From assembly GCA_049972095.1 (NCBI GenBank), contig JBMFKQ010000021.1, positions 1 through 29,435 of the forward strand: a stretch of DNA of 29,435 nucleotides, in the 5' to 3' direction. Under the pieces are notes generated by a model, which saw only the letters and a program-made list of their open reading frames with translations, was not told the DNA's origin and did not search any database. Numbering within the stretch: the first letter of the stretch is position 1; each line of letters starts with the position of its first letter. Made by a program: the position numbers and the translations under genes. This document shows, piece after piece, positions 1 to 7,824 of the stretch. Source of the DNA: Elusimicrobiales bacterium (lineage in GTDB: Bacteria > Elusimicrobiota > Elusimicrobia > Elusimicrobiales > UBA9959).

Positions 1-480
1 CATTCTTTCAAGTTCTCTTCTTGTCTTCCTCCCTCTTGGCATAAGCTCTTTTGTAGTCATCTCATTCTGTTCAACAAGCTCTTCCCAGTTTTTGATTTCT
101 CTTATAGCTACGGGTGATTGAAGAACAAGATTTTTTAACTCTCTCTCTCTTTCTTTTATATTCCTTGCAAGGGTTATTTCTTCCTCTCTTTTTAAAAGAG
201 GTGTTTTACCCACCTCTGATAGATACATTTTTATTGAGTTTGATACATCTGGAGGGAAAGATGACCATTCTTCTCCTTGAAAATCTTTTTCATCAATTTT
301 TGTTTTCTTTTTATCTCTTACTTCTATTCCTAATTCCTCAAGTGTTGACATAAAGTTTTCAACATCCTCAATACTCATATTAGTGCTTGACATTGATCTG
401 CTTATCTCCTCAATTGTGAGATAACCATACTCTTTTCCTATTTCTATTAAGTCTTTAAGCTGTTTTGGATTGTCTGCCAT
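1..480 (-). CDS. rpoD: RNA polymerase primary sigma factor (sigma70), 5' part; runs off the window start
   Basis: Manual translation from ATG at 480: MADNPKQLKDLIEIGKEYGYLTIEEI (region 1.1) ... DVSNSIKMYLSEVGKTPLLKREEEITLARNI (region 1.2). Frame is open to the window edge, GGAG RBS upstream, directly downstream of dnaG. Confidence 0.93.
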   Translation of the reverse strand, partial: MADNPKQLKDLIEIGKEYGYLTIEEISRSMSSTNMSIEDVENFMSTLEELGIEVRDKKKTKIDEKDFQGEEWSSFPPDVSNSIKMYLSEVGKTPLLKREEEITLARNIKERERELKNLVLQSPVAIREIKNWEELVEQNEMTTKELMPRGRKTRRELERM

Positions 481-496
481 AAATTTCTCCTTTGTT

Positions 497-2212
497 TCAT
501 ATTTTTATGTTGGCCAACTTGATCATAATCTGATTGTATTTTTTTAGTTCATCATCTGACATATCCGGTTTCGATGTTAATTTTTTCAACTCTCTTTCTA
601 GATACATTTTTTCTATTATTTTTAAGGTTTTTTTAAAATTTTCTTCATTAATGGCTTCTTCGCTTAGATTGGTTGATTTTAGAGAGATTTTAAGTATTTC
701 GGATCCGTGTTCTGGAAATTTCTTTATAAGGGTTTCTTCAATGCAATCCATCAGTTTTTCATTTTTTATGTATAAGAGTATTTTTTTTACAGTCTGAGAG
801 GATATACAAGAGAGATCAAAATCTTGTGGTATGATTTCTATAAGAGAGGGTTTCTTGAATATCATTTCAACAAGATTTTCCTCTATTACAGGAATATCTG
901 ATGGATTTAGTCTAAAAGAAGAGAACTGATTGCTGTTTTTTAATTCTAAAAGTTTTTTAATAGATGATTCATCTATATCAAGTGATTGTGAAGTTTTCTT
1001 AATCCATTCCATTCTTATTATTTCATTCCTTTCTTTTGATATAGTTTGACATACAAACTCTGCTGCTTTTAGCTTCATATCAGGGGAAAGCTCGGGATTA
1101 TTTTTTTTGATAAGATTGATTTTGAAGCTAACTATATCACAAGCTGATTTTATTACATCTATCATTGAATCAGTGCCGTTTTTTAAAAGATATTCATCAG
1201 GGTCTGTATTTTTATCAAGAAGCACAACCTTTGGATAGAGCCCTTCTTCAAGTGCTATCTCTGAGGCTTTTATTGCAGCATTTATTCCAGCATTATCTGA
1301 ATCAAACATAAATATTATCTCATCAACATAATTTCTAAGCATATGAGCGTGTTCTTTTGTAAATGATGTTCCCATTGTTGAGACAGTTATTGTGAACATA
1401 TATTGATGCATAAGCATTACATCGAAATATCCTTCAACAAGGATTACCTTTTTTTCCTTTCTGAGCCAGCTTAATGCATTAAAAAGGCCAAATAAAGTTT
1501 TTCTCTTAGAAAATACAGAGTTTTCAGATGAATTAAGATACTTTGGGTTTTCTCCTGAAAGTGCCCTTGCTCCAAAACCTATTATCTCTCCACCTATTGA
1601 TCTTATAGGAATTACTAATCTATCTCTGAATATATCACAGGGGTTCCCAAATGAGAGTGAAAAGAGAGAGGTTTTCATCAGGATATCTTTAGAATATTTT
1701 TTAGAAAGTTTTGAATAGAGAAATTTTTCATCTGGTGGGGCATATCCAAGCATGAAGTTTGTTATAGTTTCATCCTTAATTCCTTTTTCTCTCAGAAAAG
1801 AGATTGCTTTTCTACCTTCTGATGATTTTAGAATTGAGCTGTATAAAGCGGCAGCTTCAAGGTTTATCTGCTTTATAAGCTTTTTTTCTTTGTCAAGCTC
1901 TGATTCCTCCCAGGATTCTTTTATATCAATGTTTATTCCTGACATAAGTGCTATTTTTTTAAGTGCCTGAAATCTTGATATATTTTCTATTTTACTTACA
2001 AAGCTTATCACATCTCCACCAGCCCCGCATCCAAAACAATAGTATATCTGTTTTTCCCTTGTAACTGTAAAAGATGGTGTTCTTTCACTATGGAAAGGAC
2101 AGAGTGCAACATAGTTTTTGCCTCTTTTTTTTAAATCTTTAACATAAAATGAAACAATATCTACAATATCAACCCTTTCCTTTACTTCTTTTACAATCTT
2201 GGAATAATCCAT
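497..2212 (-). CDS. dnaG: DNA primase
   Basis: CHC2 zinc finger (CPFHSERTPSF...CFGC), PKYLNS, TOPRIM VEGYFDV and FDSDNAG; lies between rpsU and rpoD. Confidence 0.98.
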   Translation of the reverse strand: MDYSKIVKEVKERVDIVDIVSFYVKDLKKRGKNYVALCPFHSERTPSFTVTREKQIYYCFGCGAGGDVISFVSKIENISRFQALKKIALMSGINIDIKESWEESELDKEKKLIKQINLEAAALYSSILKSSEGRKAISFLREKGIKDETITNFMLGYAPPDEKFLYSKLSKKYSKDILMKTSLFSLSFGNPCDIFRDRLVIPIRSIGGEIIGFGARALSGENPKYLNSSENSVFSKRKTLFGLFNALSWLRKEKKVILVEGYFDVMLMHQYMFTITVSTMGTSFTKEHAHMLRNYVDEIIFMFDSDNAGINAAIKASEIALEEGLYPKVVLLDKNTDPDEYLLKNGTDSMIDVIKSACDIVSFKINLIKKNNPELSPDMKLKAAEFVCQTISKERNEIIRMEWIKKTSQSLDIDESSIKKLLELKNSNQFSSFRLNPSDIPVIEENLVEMIFKKPSLIEIIPQDFDLSCISSQTVKKILLYIKNEKLMDCIEETLIKKFPEHGSEILKISLKSTNLSEEAINEENFKKTLKIIEKMYLERELKKLTSKPDMSDDELKKYNQIMIKLANIKI

Positions 2213-2223
2213 TATTTAAGGTA

Positions 2224-2418
2224 TTATTTTTTTCCAAGATTAAGTCTTCTGAGTTTTCTTTTGATCTCCTGCCTTCTTATCTTTTTTTCAAGACTTGGGG
2301 ATATATAAAATTCTCTCTTCTTTATCTCTTTAAGTATGGCATTTTTCTCGCATTCATGTTTGAATCTTTTTATAGCCTCTTCGGGAGATTCATTCTCTCT
2401 TACCCTTATGTATACCAA
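2224..2418 (-). CDS. rpsU: 30S ribosomal protein S21
   Basis: VRENESPEEAIKRFKHECEKNAILKEIKKREFYISPS. Start reassigned to TTG at 2418, behind a strong GGAGGTGA RBS (2431-2424). Confidence 0.95.
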   Translation of the reverse strand: MVYIRVRENESPEEAIKRFKHECEKNAILKEIKKREFYISPSLEKKIRRQEIKRKLRRLNLGKK

Positions 2419-2431
2419 ATTAATCACCTCC

Positions 2432-2767
2432 TTATCCAGGTGGCCATGCCATTCTTCTGCCAGCCAAGAAATGATAGTGTATGTGAAAAACACTTTGGCC
2501 AACCTTCCTGCCGCAGTTATTAACAATTCTGAAATCTGTTATCTTGTATTTTTCTGCTATCTTTTTAGCAGTGTAGTTTATTTTTCCAAGCAGTTCTATA
2601 TCTTTCTCTTCTGCTTTTAAAATACTTTCAATATGTTTTTTGCTTATAATAAGTATGTGAGTGGGGGCTTGAGGATTAAGGTCTTTAAAGGCTATTATAT
2701 CATCATCCTCATAAACAATATCAGCCTTAACCTCTTTTTCTGATATTTTGCAGAAAATACAATCCAT
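2432..2767 (-). CDS. Histidine triad (HIT) nucleotide-binding protein
   Basis: DCIFCKI start, DLNPQAPTHILII, GQSVFHIHYH triad, WPPG end. Confidence 0.96.
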   Translation of the reverse strand: MDCIFCKISEKEVKADIVYEDDDIIAFKDLNPQAPTHILIISKKHIESILKAEEKDIELLGKINYTAKKIAEKYKITDFRIVNNCGRKVGQSVFHIHYHFLAGRRMAWPPG

Positions 2768-2774
2768 ATACTAT

Positions 2775-2783
2775 ATTATAGCA
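2775..2783 (-). promoter_or_regulatory. Extended -10 promoter (TGcTATAAT) 7 nt before the HIT start codon
   Basis: Minus strand reads TGCTATAAT-atagtat-ATG; no RBS. Confidence 0.65.
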
Positions 2784-2788
2784 TTTTT

Positions 2789-3370
2789 TTAAAATTGTGA
2801 GAGAGGTATAACAGGCTCTGAGAATTTGCCAGGGTTTGAGGGAAGCGATAATAGTGATTTTGGATTTCTTTTGATTCTTAGTGTTTTTATCCCTGCTTTT
2901 TTTGCTTGTATTATACCATCATCTGAGGAAGCAAAGAAAATAAGATATCTTTTTGTGTTTAAAAGTTCATATTTCTGATTGGAGTCCATAATAAAATATA
3001 TCTGAGAGGCATGCCACCTTTTAATGAGGTTGGAGGAATTAATATCCCTCCTGTCTGCTATTATATCTGTTGAAAAACCAAAAAATCTTGCAGCATAGTA
3101 GATGAGTCCGGGTATGATTTTTGTTCTGTCTAATTCAGCATTTGAATTTAAAATTGCCCAAAACTCATCTCCGTTAAAATTTCTTGCTTTTAAAAAAGAG
3201 TCTGCACTATATACAAGTCCATCATCATACTCAAATGCTATTGAAAAGCCACATATGCTTACAGTTGAATAGATTACAGCCCATATTGCAAATAAGTAAA
3301 CAAATGCTTTAAACCTTCTATACCATCTTGAAAGCCAGTTATATATAGCCTGTTTGAGATCTGATATCAT
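2789..3370 (-). CDS. Class B acid phosphatase (AphA)-like HAD protein with degenerate catalytic motifs and an N-terminal TM anchor
   Basis: AFEYDDGLVYS (cf. GFDIDDTVLFS), FWAILN, IFFASSDDGIIQA (cf. IFYGDSDNDITAA), RIKRNPKS...PGKFSEPVIPLSQF (cf. RILRASNS...AGAFGEEVIVNSEY). Start placed at ATG 3370, which overlaps the upstream TGA. Confidence 0.75.
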   Translation of the reverse strand: MISDLKQAIYNWLSRWYRRFKAFVYLFAIWAVIYSTVSICGFSIAFEYDDGLVYSADSFLKARNFNGDEFWAILNSNAELDRTKIIPGLIYYAARFFGFSTDIIADRRDINSSNLIKRWHASQIYFIMDSNQKYELLNTKRYLIFFASSDDGIIQAKKAGIKTLRIKRNPKSLLSLPSNPGKFSEPVIPLSQF

Positions 3371-4635
3371 AACTCTCTTGTGTTTTTTAGATACCAACTA
3401 AGGGGATGTCTTATCTGAATATTAAGTATACTGAATTCTGTTATATAGTTTAGGATTGAATCATTGTCTTTTATAAAGTCCAGTGTTGTAAACATACGGT
3501 ATATTTTGTTTTTTTCAAAAACAGGTTTTTTCCCAAGCTTTGAGTTTATATAGATTGTTGATATATCAGAGAAATTGTTTATCATATCGGTTAGTGTTGA
3601 ACCTTTGAGTTTTATATAAACAATTTTGTCCCATGGGTTTTTTAGAATGTTGTAAATCTCTTCCATTGTAACATCTCCTTCTCTAATTCCCTTTATAACT
3701 GTTTTTTTGGATATCATAGCTATATCTGAGGGGATAAAATTAACAAGGGACTTGGCTACAATACCGTTTATTTGTTCATCAGAAAGAGGGTGTGAAAGAA
3801 CTCTCAATTTCTTTGAAAACTCATCGTTTGTTTTCTTCATTAGTTTTGCAACCTCACTTATGTCTGAGGCATTTAGATATTGTCTAAGATGTGTTTGTTT
3901 GATTTTTAGGATTCCAAATTTTTTTTCCATTGTAATTTTTTGGGGATAGGGGGGAATAGGAAATACTTTTATACCATGAACTGATAGGACCTTATCCGTG
4001 TTTGAAAATATAAAAAAAGGTTTGTGTGTAAGTGGTTGTATAAGTTTCTCAAAGTAATCTAAAGAATTTACAGGTTTTAGTGCCTGATGAATAAGAATGT
4101 ATTTATCTGGTTTGAGTTGATAATTAAGTCTATTTATTTCAAAAACAGGATTTTCAATTCTGAGGTTAGTGTAATAAAATGACTTTGTAGGAGATGTTGG
4201 ATCTGATATTACAGAGTATATAGCAATTCTTTTTGAGTTTATGTTTTTAAGTATGTATTTTTTAAGTGCCTTCATATTTGATTTGATATATAAGTTTGAA
4301 GCTATAATCTCTGGGAAGTATTTGATATATTCAGATATCTTTTCTGCACTTATATCCATATCTGAAACAGAGAATAATATCCCATCGTAGTTGCAGGCAG
4401 ATGAAACGGTGATTGAATCAAAACCATAGTTATATATATTATGTGGTGTTTTATGTGGTGATAGAAGATCTGAAGCTATCGTTATTGTATCGTTTTCTTT
4501 TATGCCTTTACAGTAAAGCTTGTTTTCTTTCCACAAAATATATGATGGATTCTTTACCCAGATTATTTCCCCTTCATTTTTTCTATTGTAGCATGATGTA
4601 AATAGTAGGAGAAATATTAAACTAAGCTTATTCAT
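3367..4635 (-). CDS. Putative lipoprotein, degenerate 5'-nucleotidase (UshA-type) paralogue
   Basis: Lipobox-like LLFTSC. Collinear with the adjacent nucleotidase (IIASNL, YILKNINSKRIAI, SDIAMIS...IREGDVTMEEIYNIL, IVYIKLKG), but the metal-binding motifs are absent. Confidence 0.7.
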   Translation of the reverse strand: MNKLSLIFLLLFTSCYNRKNEGEIIWVKNPSYILWKENKLYCKGIKENDTITIASDLLSPHKTPHNIYNYGFDSITVSSACNYDGILFSVSDMDISAEKISEYIKYFPEIIASNLYIKSNMKALKKYILKNINSKRIAIYSVISDPTSPTKSFYYTNLRIENPVFEINRLNYQLKPDKYILIHQALKPVNSLDYFEKLIQPLTHKPFFIFSNTDKVLSVHGIKVFPIPPYPQKITMEKKFGILKIKQTHLRQYLNASDISEVAKLMKKTNDEFSKKLRVLSHPLSDEQINGIVAKSLVNFIPSDIAMISKKTVIKGIREGDVTMEEIYNILKNPWDKIVYIKLKGSTLTDMINNFSDISTIYINSKLGKKPVFEKNKIYRMFTTLDFIKDNDSILNYITEFSILNIQIRHPLSWYLKNTREL

Positions 4636-6185
4636 TCAATCTTTATAAATCTTCCAGTCTCCCAACCATTTATCTCCTTTTTTGAGGTTATCCATTCAAT
4701 CATTGCATCCCTTACACTGATGAATGTATCTATTGTTTGTGATGCTTTTCTAAATGCCCCCCCACCACTTCCTCCTGATGTTAAATAATTATTTGTTGCA
4801 ACTGTATATTCCTTCTCCATATCAATTGGTTTGTTGTCTTTAGTTATCTCCACGATCTCCGGTTTGTTTTCCGGATTTATTCTGTATTTGACCTTTATTC
4901 CTGATACATACATTGAAGTTTTTTCATTTCTTAGGTTATCTTTTATAACCTCATATATATCTTTTCCTTTCATTGTGAGCTTTACTATTGTATTTTCAAA
5001 GGGCATTATTTGATAGACATCTCTTAGTCTTATATCTCCCTCATTAATGATGTTTCTTACCCCTCCAGCATTCTGAAATGCAATATCAGTGCTTGCTTTC
5101 CATCTTATGATATCTGTCACAAAGTTGCCTATGGGATTGTCAAGAGTTTGAGACTCAAATGTTAGTGATTTTGTTGCTTTTCCTATAACCTTGTCCATCC
5201 ACTTAGATACATTCTGATATATCTTGTTCCATTTCTTCTTAACTACCTTATCTTCACCTATTTCATCACACCACAGAGGTATAAGATTGCAATCTGCTGA
5301 TATAAGTTTTCCTGTTTTATCATCAAAATCAATTACTGCTTTTGTGATGTGGCTGAGTCCCCAGTAGCTTTCACATATTACAGCTCCACTTTCTGGATCT
5401 TTCCACCCTTTTAAAAGCCCTGTATGATTATGCCCACCAAAGACAAGTGTGGGATTTCCAGCTGCTCTTGCAAGCTCTATAGTTGTATGTCTTATGTTTG
5501 TAAATGTGTATGTTGATGGATCAACGATCTTCTGTGAGAGTGAGGGATCAATTCCTATATGAGCAATGATTATAATAGCATCTGGATTTTGCTTTTTTAT
5601 TTCTTCTACCCATTTTTTTGTTTCTTCTGCTTCATCTTTAAAAAGTAGGTGTTGCACATTAACTGGTAGTGTTGTTGTCTTTGTATGCTGCCCTGCAATT
5701 CCCAGAACAGCTATTTTCCTTTTTCCAACATTTACAATTGTGTATGGTTTTAAATAATCAACATTCTTTTCTGGCTCATCTATAAGATAAACATTTGCAC
5801 CAAGAAATGGAAATCTTGCAGCTTTTATCATCTCTACTAAAGCCTTTTCTCCATAATCATAGTCATGATTTCCAACAACTGCTGCGGAGTAGCCAAGCAT
5901 ATTCATAAATTCAATACTTGCCATACCCTTAGTTATATTTCCTTCAGGGGTTCCTTGAAAGATATCACCTGAGTCAAGAAGGATGTGAGGGTTTTTATCA
6001 TTTTTAATAAGAGCCATAACTGCAGCAAAGCCACCTATTGTTCTTGTAGAGTTTTGTTTATCCCATTTTGCAGGTATCGATGAATACATCCCATGAACAT
6101 CGCTTGTGTGGTATATAGATATCTTTTCTGAATATATCCATGAATATAGAAAAAGTAATATTACAAAGGATAGCATTTTTTTCAT
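4632..6185 (-). CDS. Secreted bifunctional UDP-sugar hydrolase/5'-nucleotidase
   Basis: Signal peptide; HTSDVHG, DSGDIFQG, GNHDYD, AHIG, GGHNH; C-terminal domain NAGGVR...MPFENT...ATNNYL. Confidence 0.95.
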   Translation of the reverse strand: MKKMLSFVILLFLYSWIYSEKISIYHTSDVHGMYSSIPAKWDKQNSTRTIGGFAAVMALIKNDKNPHILLDSGDIFQGTPEGNITKGMASIEFMNMLGYSAAVVGNHDYDYGEKALVEMIKAARFPFLGANVYLIDEPEKNVDYLKPYTIVNVGKRKIAVLGIAGQHTKTTTLPVNVQHLLFKDEAEETKKWVEEIKKQNPDAIIIIAHIGIDPSLSQKIVDPSTYTFTNIRHTTIELARAAGNPTLVFGGHNHTGLLKGWKDPESGAVICESYWGLSHITKAVIDFDDKTGKLISADCNLIPLWCDEIGEDKVVKKKWNKIYQNVSKWMDKVIGKATKSLTFESQTLDNPIGNFVTDIIRWKASTDIAFQNAGGVRNIINEGDIRLRDVYQIMPFENTIVKLTMKGKDIYEVIKDNLRNEKTSMYVSGIKVKYRINPENKPEIVEITKDNKPIDMEKEYTVATNNYLTSGGSGGGAFRKASQTIDTFISVRDAMIEWITSKKEINGWETGRFIKIE

Positions 6186-6481
6186 ATTACCCCCTTTTTT
6201 CTTTTTTTAAGAATGAATATTATAAATTCTGCTGCTGAAATCATCTCTCTATATATGTTATCATATTTGATAAAAAGGGGAAAATTGTCTTTTAATGTAG
6301 TTGAGATGCTTTTTCTTTCAAGCTCAAGATTTTTTTTTAGTTCAATGATGGATTTAATATGTGTTTTATCAGTAATTTCTTCAAACATCTCTATGTATCT
6401 TTTTATTTTTGGATTAGAGCTGTTGACTGTTAGTTTTTTTATATCATCAAGAGTTTTTTTTATTTCAGGTATTTTGGTCAT
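6182..6481 (-). CDS. Hypothetical helical protein
   Basis: 99-aa ORF, co-oriented, 4-nt overlap with the nucleotidase start; no recognised motif. Confidence 0.6.
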   Translation of the reverse strand: MTKIPEIKKTLDDIKKLTVNSSNPKIKRYIEMFEEITDKTHIKSIIELKKNLELERKSISTTLKDNFPLFIKYDNIYREMISAAEFIIFILKKRKKGVI

Positions 6482-6533
6482 AGAAAACTTTGCACTTTTA
6501 AGTGGGGTAAAGAGTTAAAGATGATGTTGCAGT

Positions 6534-6923
6534 TTATCTCTTTGAGAACTGGAACCTCTTTCTTGCCTTTGGTCTTCCTGGTTTCTTTCTTTCAACCATT
6601 CTTGGATCTCTTGTTAAAAATCCCGCTTTTTTCATTGCTTGACGAAAACTTTCTCCTAATTTTGATATTGCTCTTGCTATGCCATGTCTTATTGCTTGAG
6701 CCTGAGCTGAAATCCCACTTCCGCTGACATCGACATAACAATCAAACTTTTGATCCTTAACCAGATCAAGAGGTGAGGTTACTATATTTTTTAGCCTTGA
6801 AATATTGCCAAAATATACACCAAGCTCTTTTCCATTAACAGTTATTTTTCCACTTCCACTTGGAAAAAGCCTTACTTTTGCTCTCGCTGTTTTTCTTCTT
6901 CCTGTTGCATATATGAACTCCAT
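6534..6923 (-). CDS. rpsI: 30S ribosomal protein S9
   Basis: ATGRRKTARAKV, AIRHGIARA, LTRDPRMVERKK...QFSKR. Confidence 0.99.
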   Translation of the reverse strand: MEFIYATGRRKTARAKVRLFPSGSGKITVNGKELGVYFGNISRLKNIVTSPLDLVKDQKFDCYVDVSGSGISAQAQAIRHGIARAISKLGESFRQAMKKAGFLTRDPRMVERKKPGRPKARKRFQFSKR

Positions 6924-6933
6924 AAATCACCTC

Positions 6934-7362
6934 TCATTTCTTAACAGGTATGGCTATGTCTATTTTTTCATCTTTGTAAAGTCTAAGTCTTTTTAGCCTT
7001 TTGTCTCTGAGTTTATTTTTATCAAGCATCCTCTTAACTGCAAGGTAAAGGACCTTTCTTGAATCTTTTGTCATCATATCCTTAAATGATATTATCCTTG
7101 CTCCTTTTGCATAACCTGAATGTGAGAAATAAAATTTCTCTTCCTCTTTATTTCCTGTTAACTTTATTTTGTCGGTGTTGGTTACAACTACGAAGTCACC
7201 ACAGTCTATGTGAGGTGTATAATAAGGTTTGTTTTTACCGCACAGTAGAGTTGCTATTTTTGAGGCCATTCTACCTAATATCTGACCTGTGGCGTCTATA
7301 ATATGCCACTTTCTATTTCTTTCAACAAATTCTTTCGTTGGCAAAGTAGTTTTTGTGTTCAT
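6934..7362 (-). CDS. rplM: 50S ribosomal protein L13
   Basis: RKWHIIDATGQILGRMAS, KPYYTPHIDCGDFVVV; adjacent to rpsI. Confidence 0.99.
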   Translation of the reverse strand: MNTKTTLPTKEFVERNRKWHIIDATGQILGRMASKIATLLCGKNKPYYTPHIDCGDFVVVTNTDKIKLTGNKEEEKFYFSHSGYAKGARIISFKDMMTKDSRKVLYLAVKRMLDKNKLRDKRLKRLRLYKDEKIDIAIPVKK

Positions 7363-7369
7363 AATATAA

Positions 7370-7378
7370 AGTATAGCA
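7370..7378 (-). promoter_or_regulatory. Extended -10 promoter (TGcTATACT) 7 nt before the rplM ATG
   Basis: Minus strand reads TGCTATACT-ttatatt-ATG; no RBS. Confidence 0.6.
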
Positions 7379-7405
7379 AATTTTGTATATTAAAAACAAA
7401 CTTTT

Positions 7406-7414
7406 TGCTAAAAT
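7406..7414 (+). promoter_or_regulatory. Candidate extended -10 promoter (TGcTAAAAT) for tRNA-Arg and glnA
   Basis: TGCTAAAAT 36 nt upstream of the tRNA, divergent from the rplM promoter. Confidence 0.4.
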
Positions 7415-7450
7415 AAAGGTTGGTAAATTTCTCTTAAAGAGAAAACTTTA

Positions 7451-7522
7451 GCGCTCATAGCTCAATGGATAGAGCAACGGCCTGCGAAGCCGTAGATTCG
7501 GGTTCGATTCCCGATGAGCGCA
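7451..7522 (+). tRNA. tRNA-Arg, anticodon GCG, no encoded CCA
   Basis: Cloverleaf: GCGCTCA/TGAGCGC acceptor, GCTC/GAGC D stem, ACGGC-CTGCGAA-GCCGT anticodon arm, TCGGG-TTCGATT-CCCGA T arm. Confidence 0.95.
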
Positions 7523-7811
7523 TGCTGGTGCTAAGAAATGCGAATAGCATTTCGTGGGAATCGAAAGCCCGCAGCAAAACATATACAATTCAGTTTTGCG
7601 AGGGGCGGCCTGCGAAAAATTTTGCGGTGAGCAAAATTTATTTGTAGGCGATTCCCGATGAGCGCATGCTGGTGCTAAGAAATGCGAATAGCATTTCGTG
7701 GGAATCGAAAGCCCGCAGCAAAACATATACAATTCAGTTTTGCGAGGGGGGACTTGCGAAAAATTTTGCGGTGAGCAAAATTTATTTGTAGGCGATTCCC
7801 GATGAGCGCAT
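7505..7811 (+). repeat. tRNA-linked tandem repeat: two 144-bp units bounded by three copies of the 19-nt tRNA 3' end
   Basis: CGATTCCCGATGAGCGCAT at 7505, 7649 and 7793; units differ at 3 positions; each unit has several hairpins. Confidence 0.97.
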
Positions 7812-7824
7812 ATAAGGAGGGAGG

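Noticed and set aside
241..330. Possible frameshift in rpoD at A/T runs
   Set aside because: Codon-by-codon reading shows regions 1.1 and 1.2 in one open frame; it is absent from the ORF track only because the stop is outside the window.
2419..2526. N-terminal extension of S21 in the ORF track
   Set aside because: It overlaps HIT; the RBS supports the TTG start at 2418.
7505..7811. CRISPR array interpretation of the three 19-nt repeats
   Set aside because: The repeat is a tRNA 3' end, the intervening 125-nt segments are near-identical and too long for spacers, and there are no cas genes.
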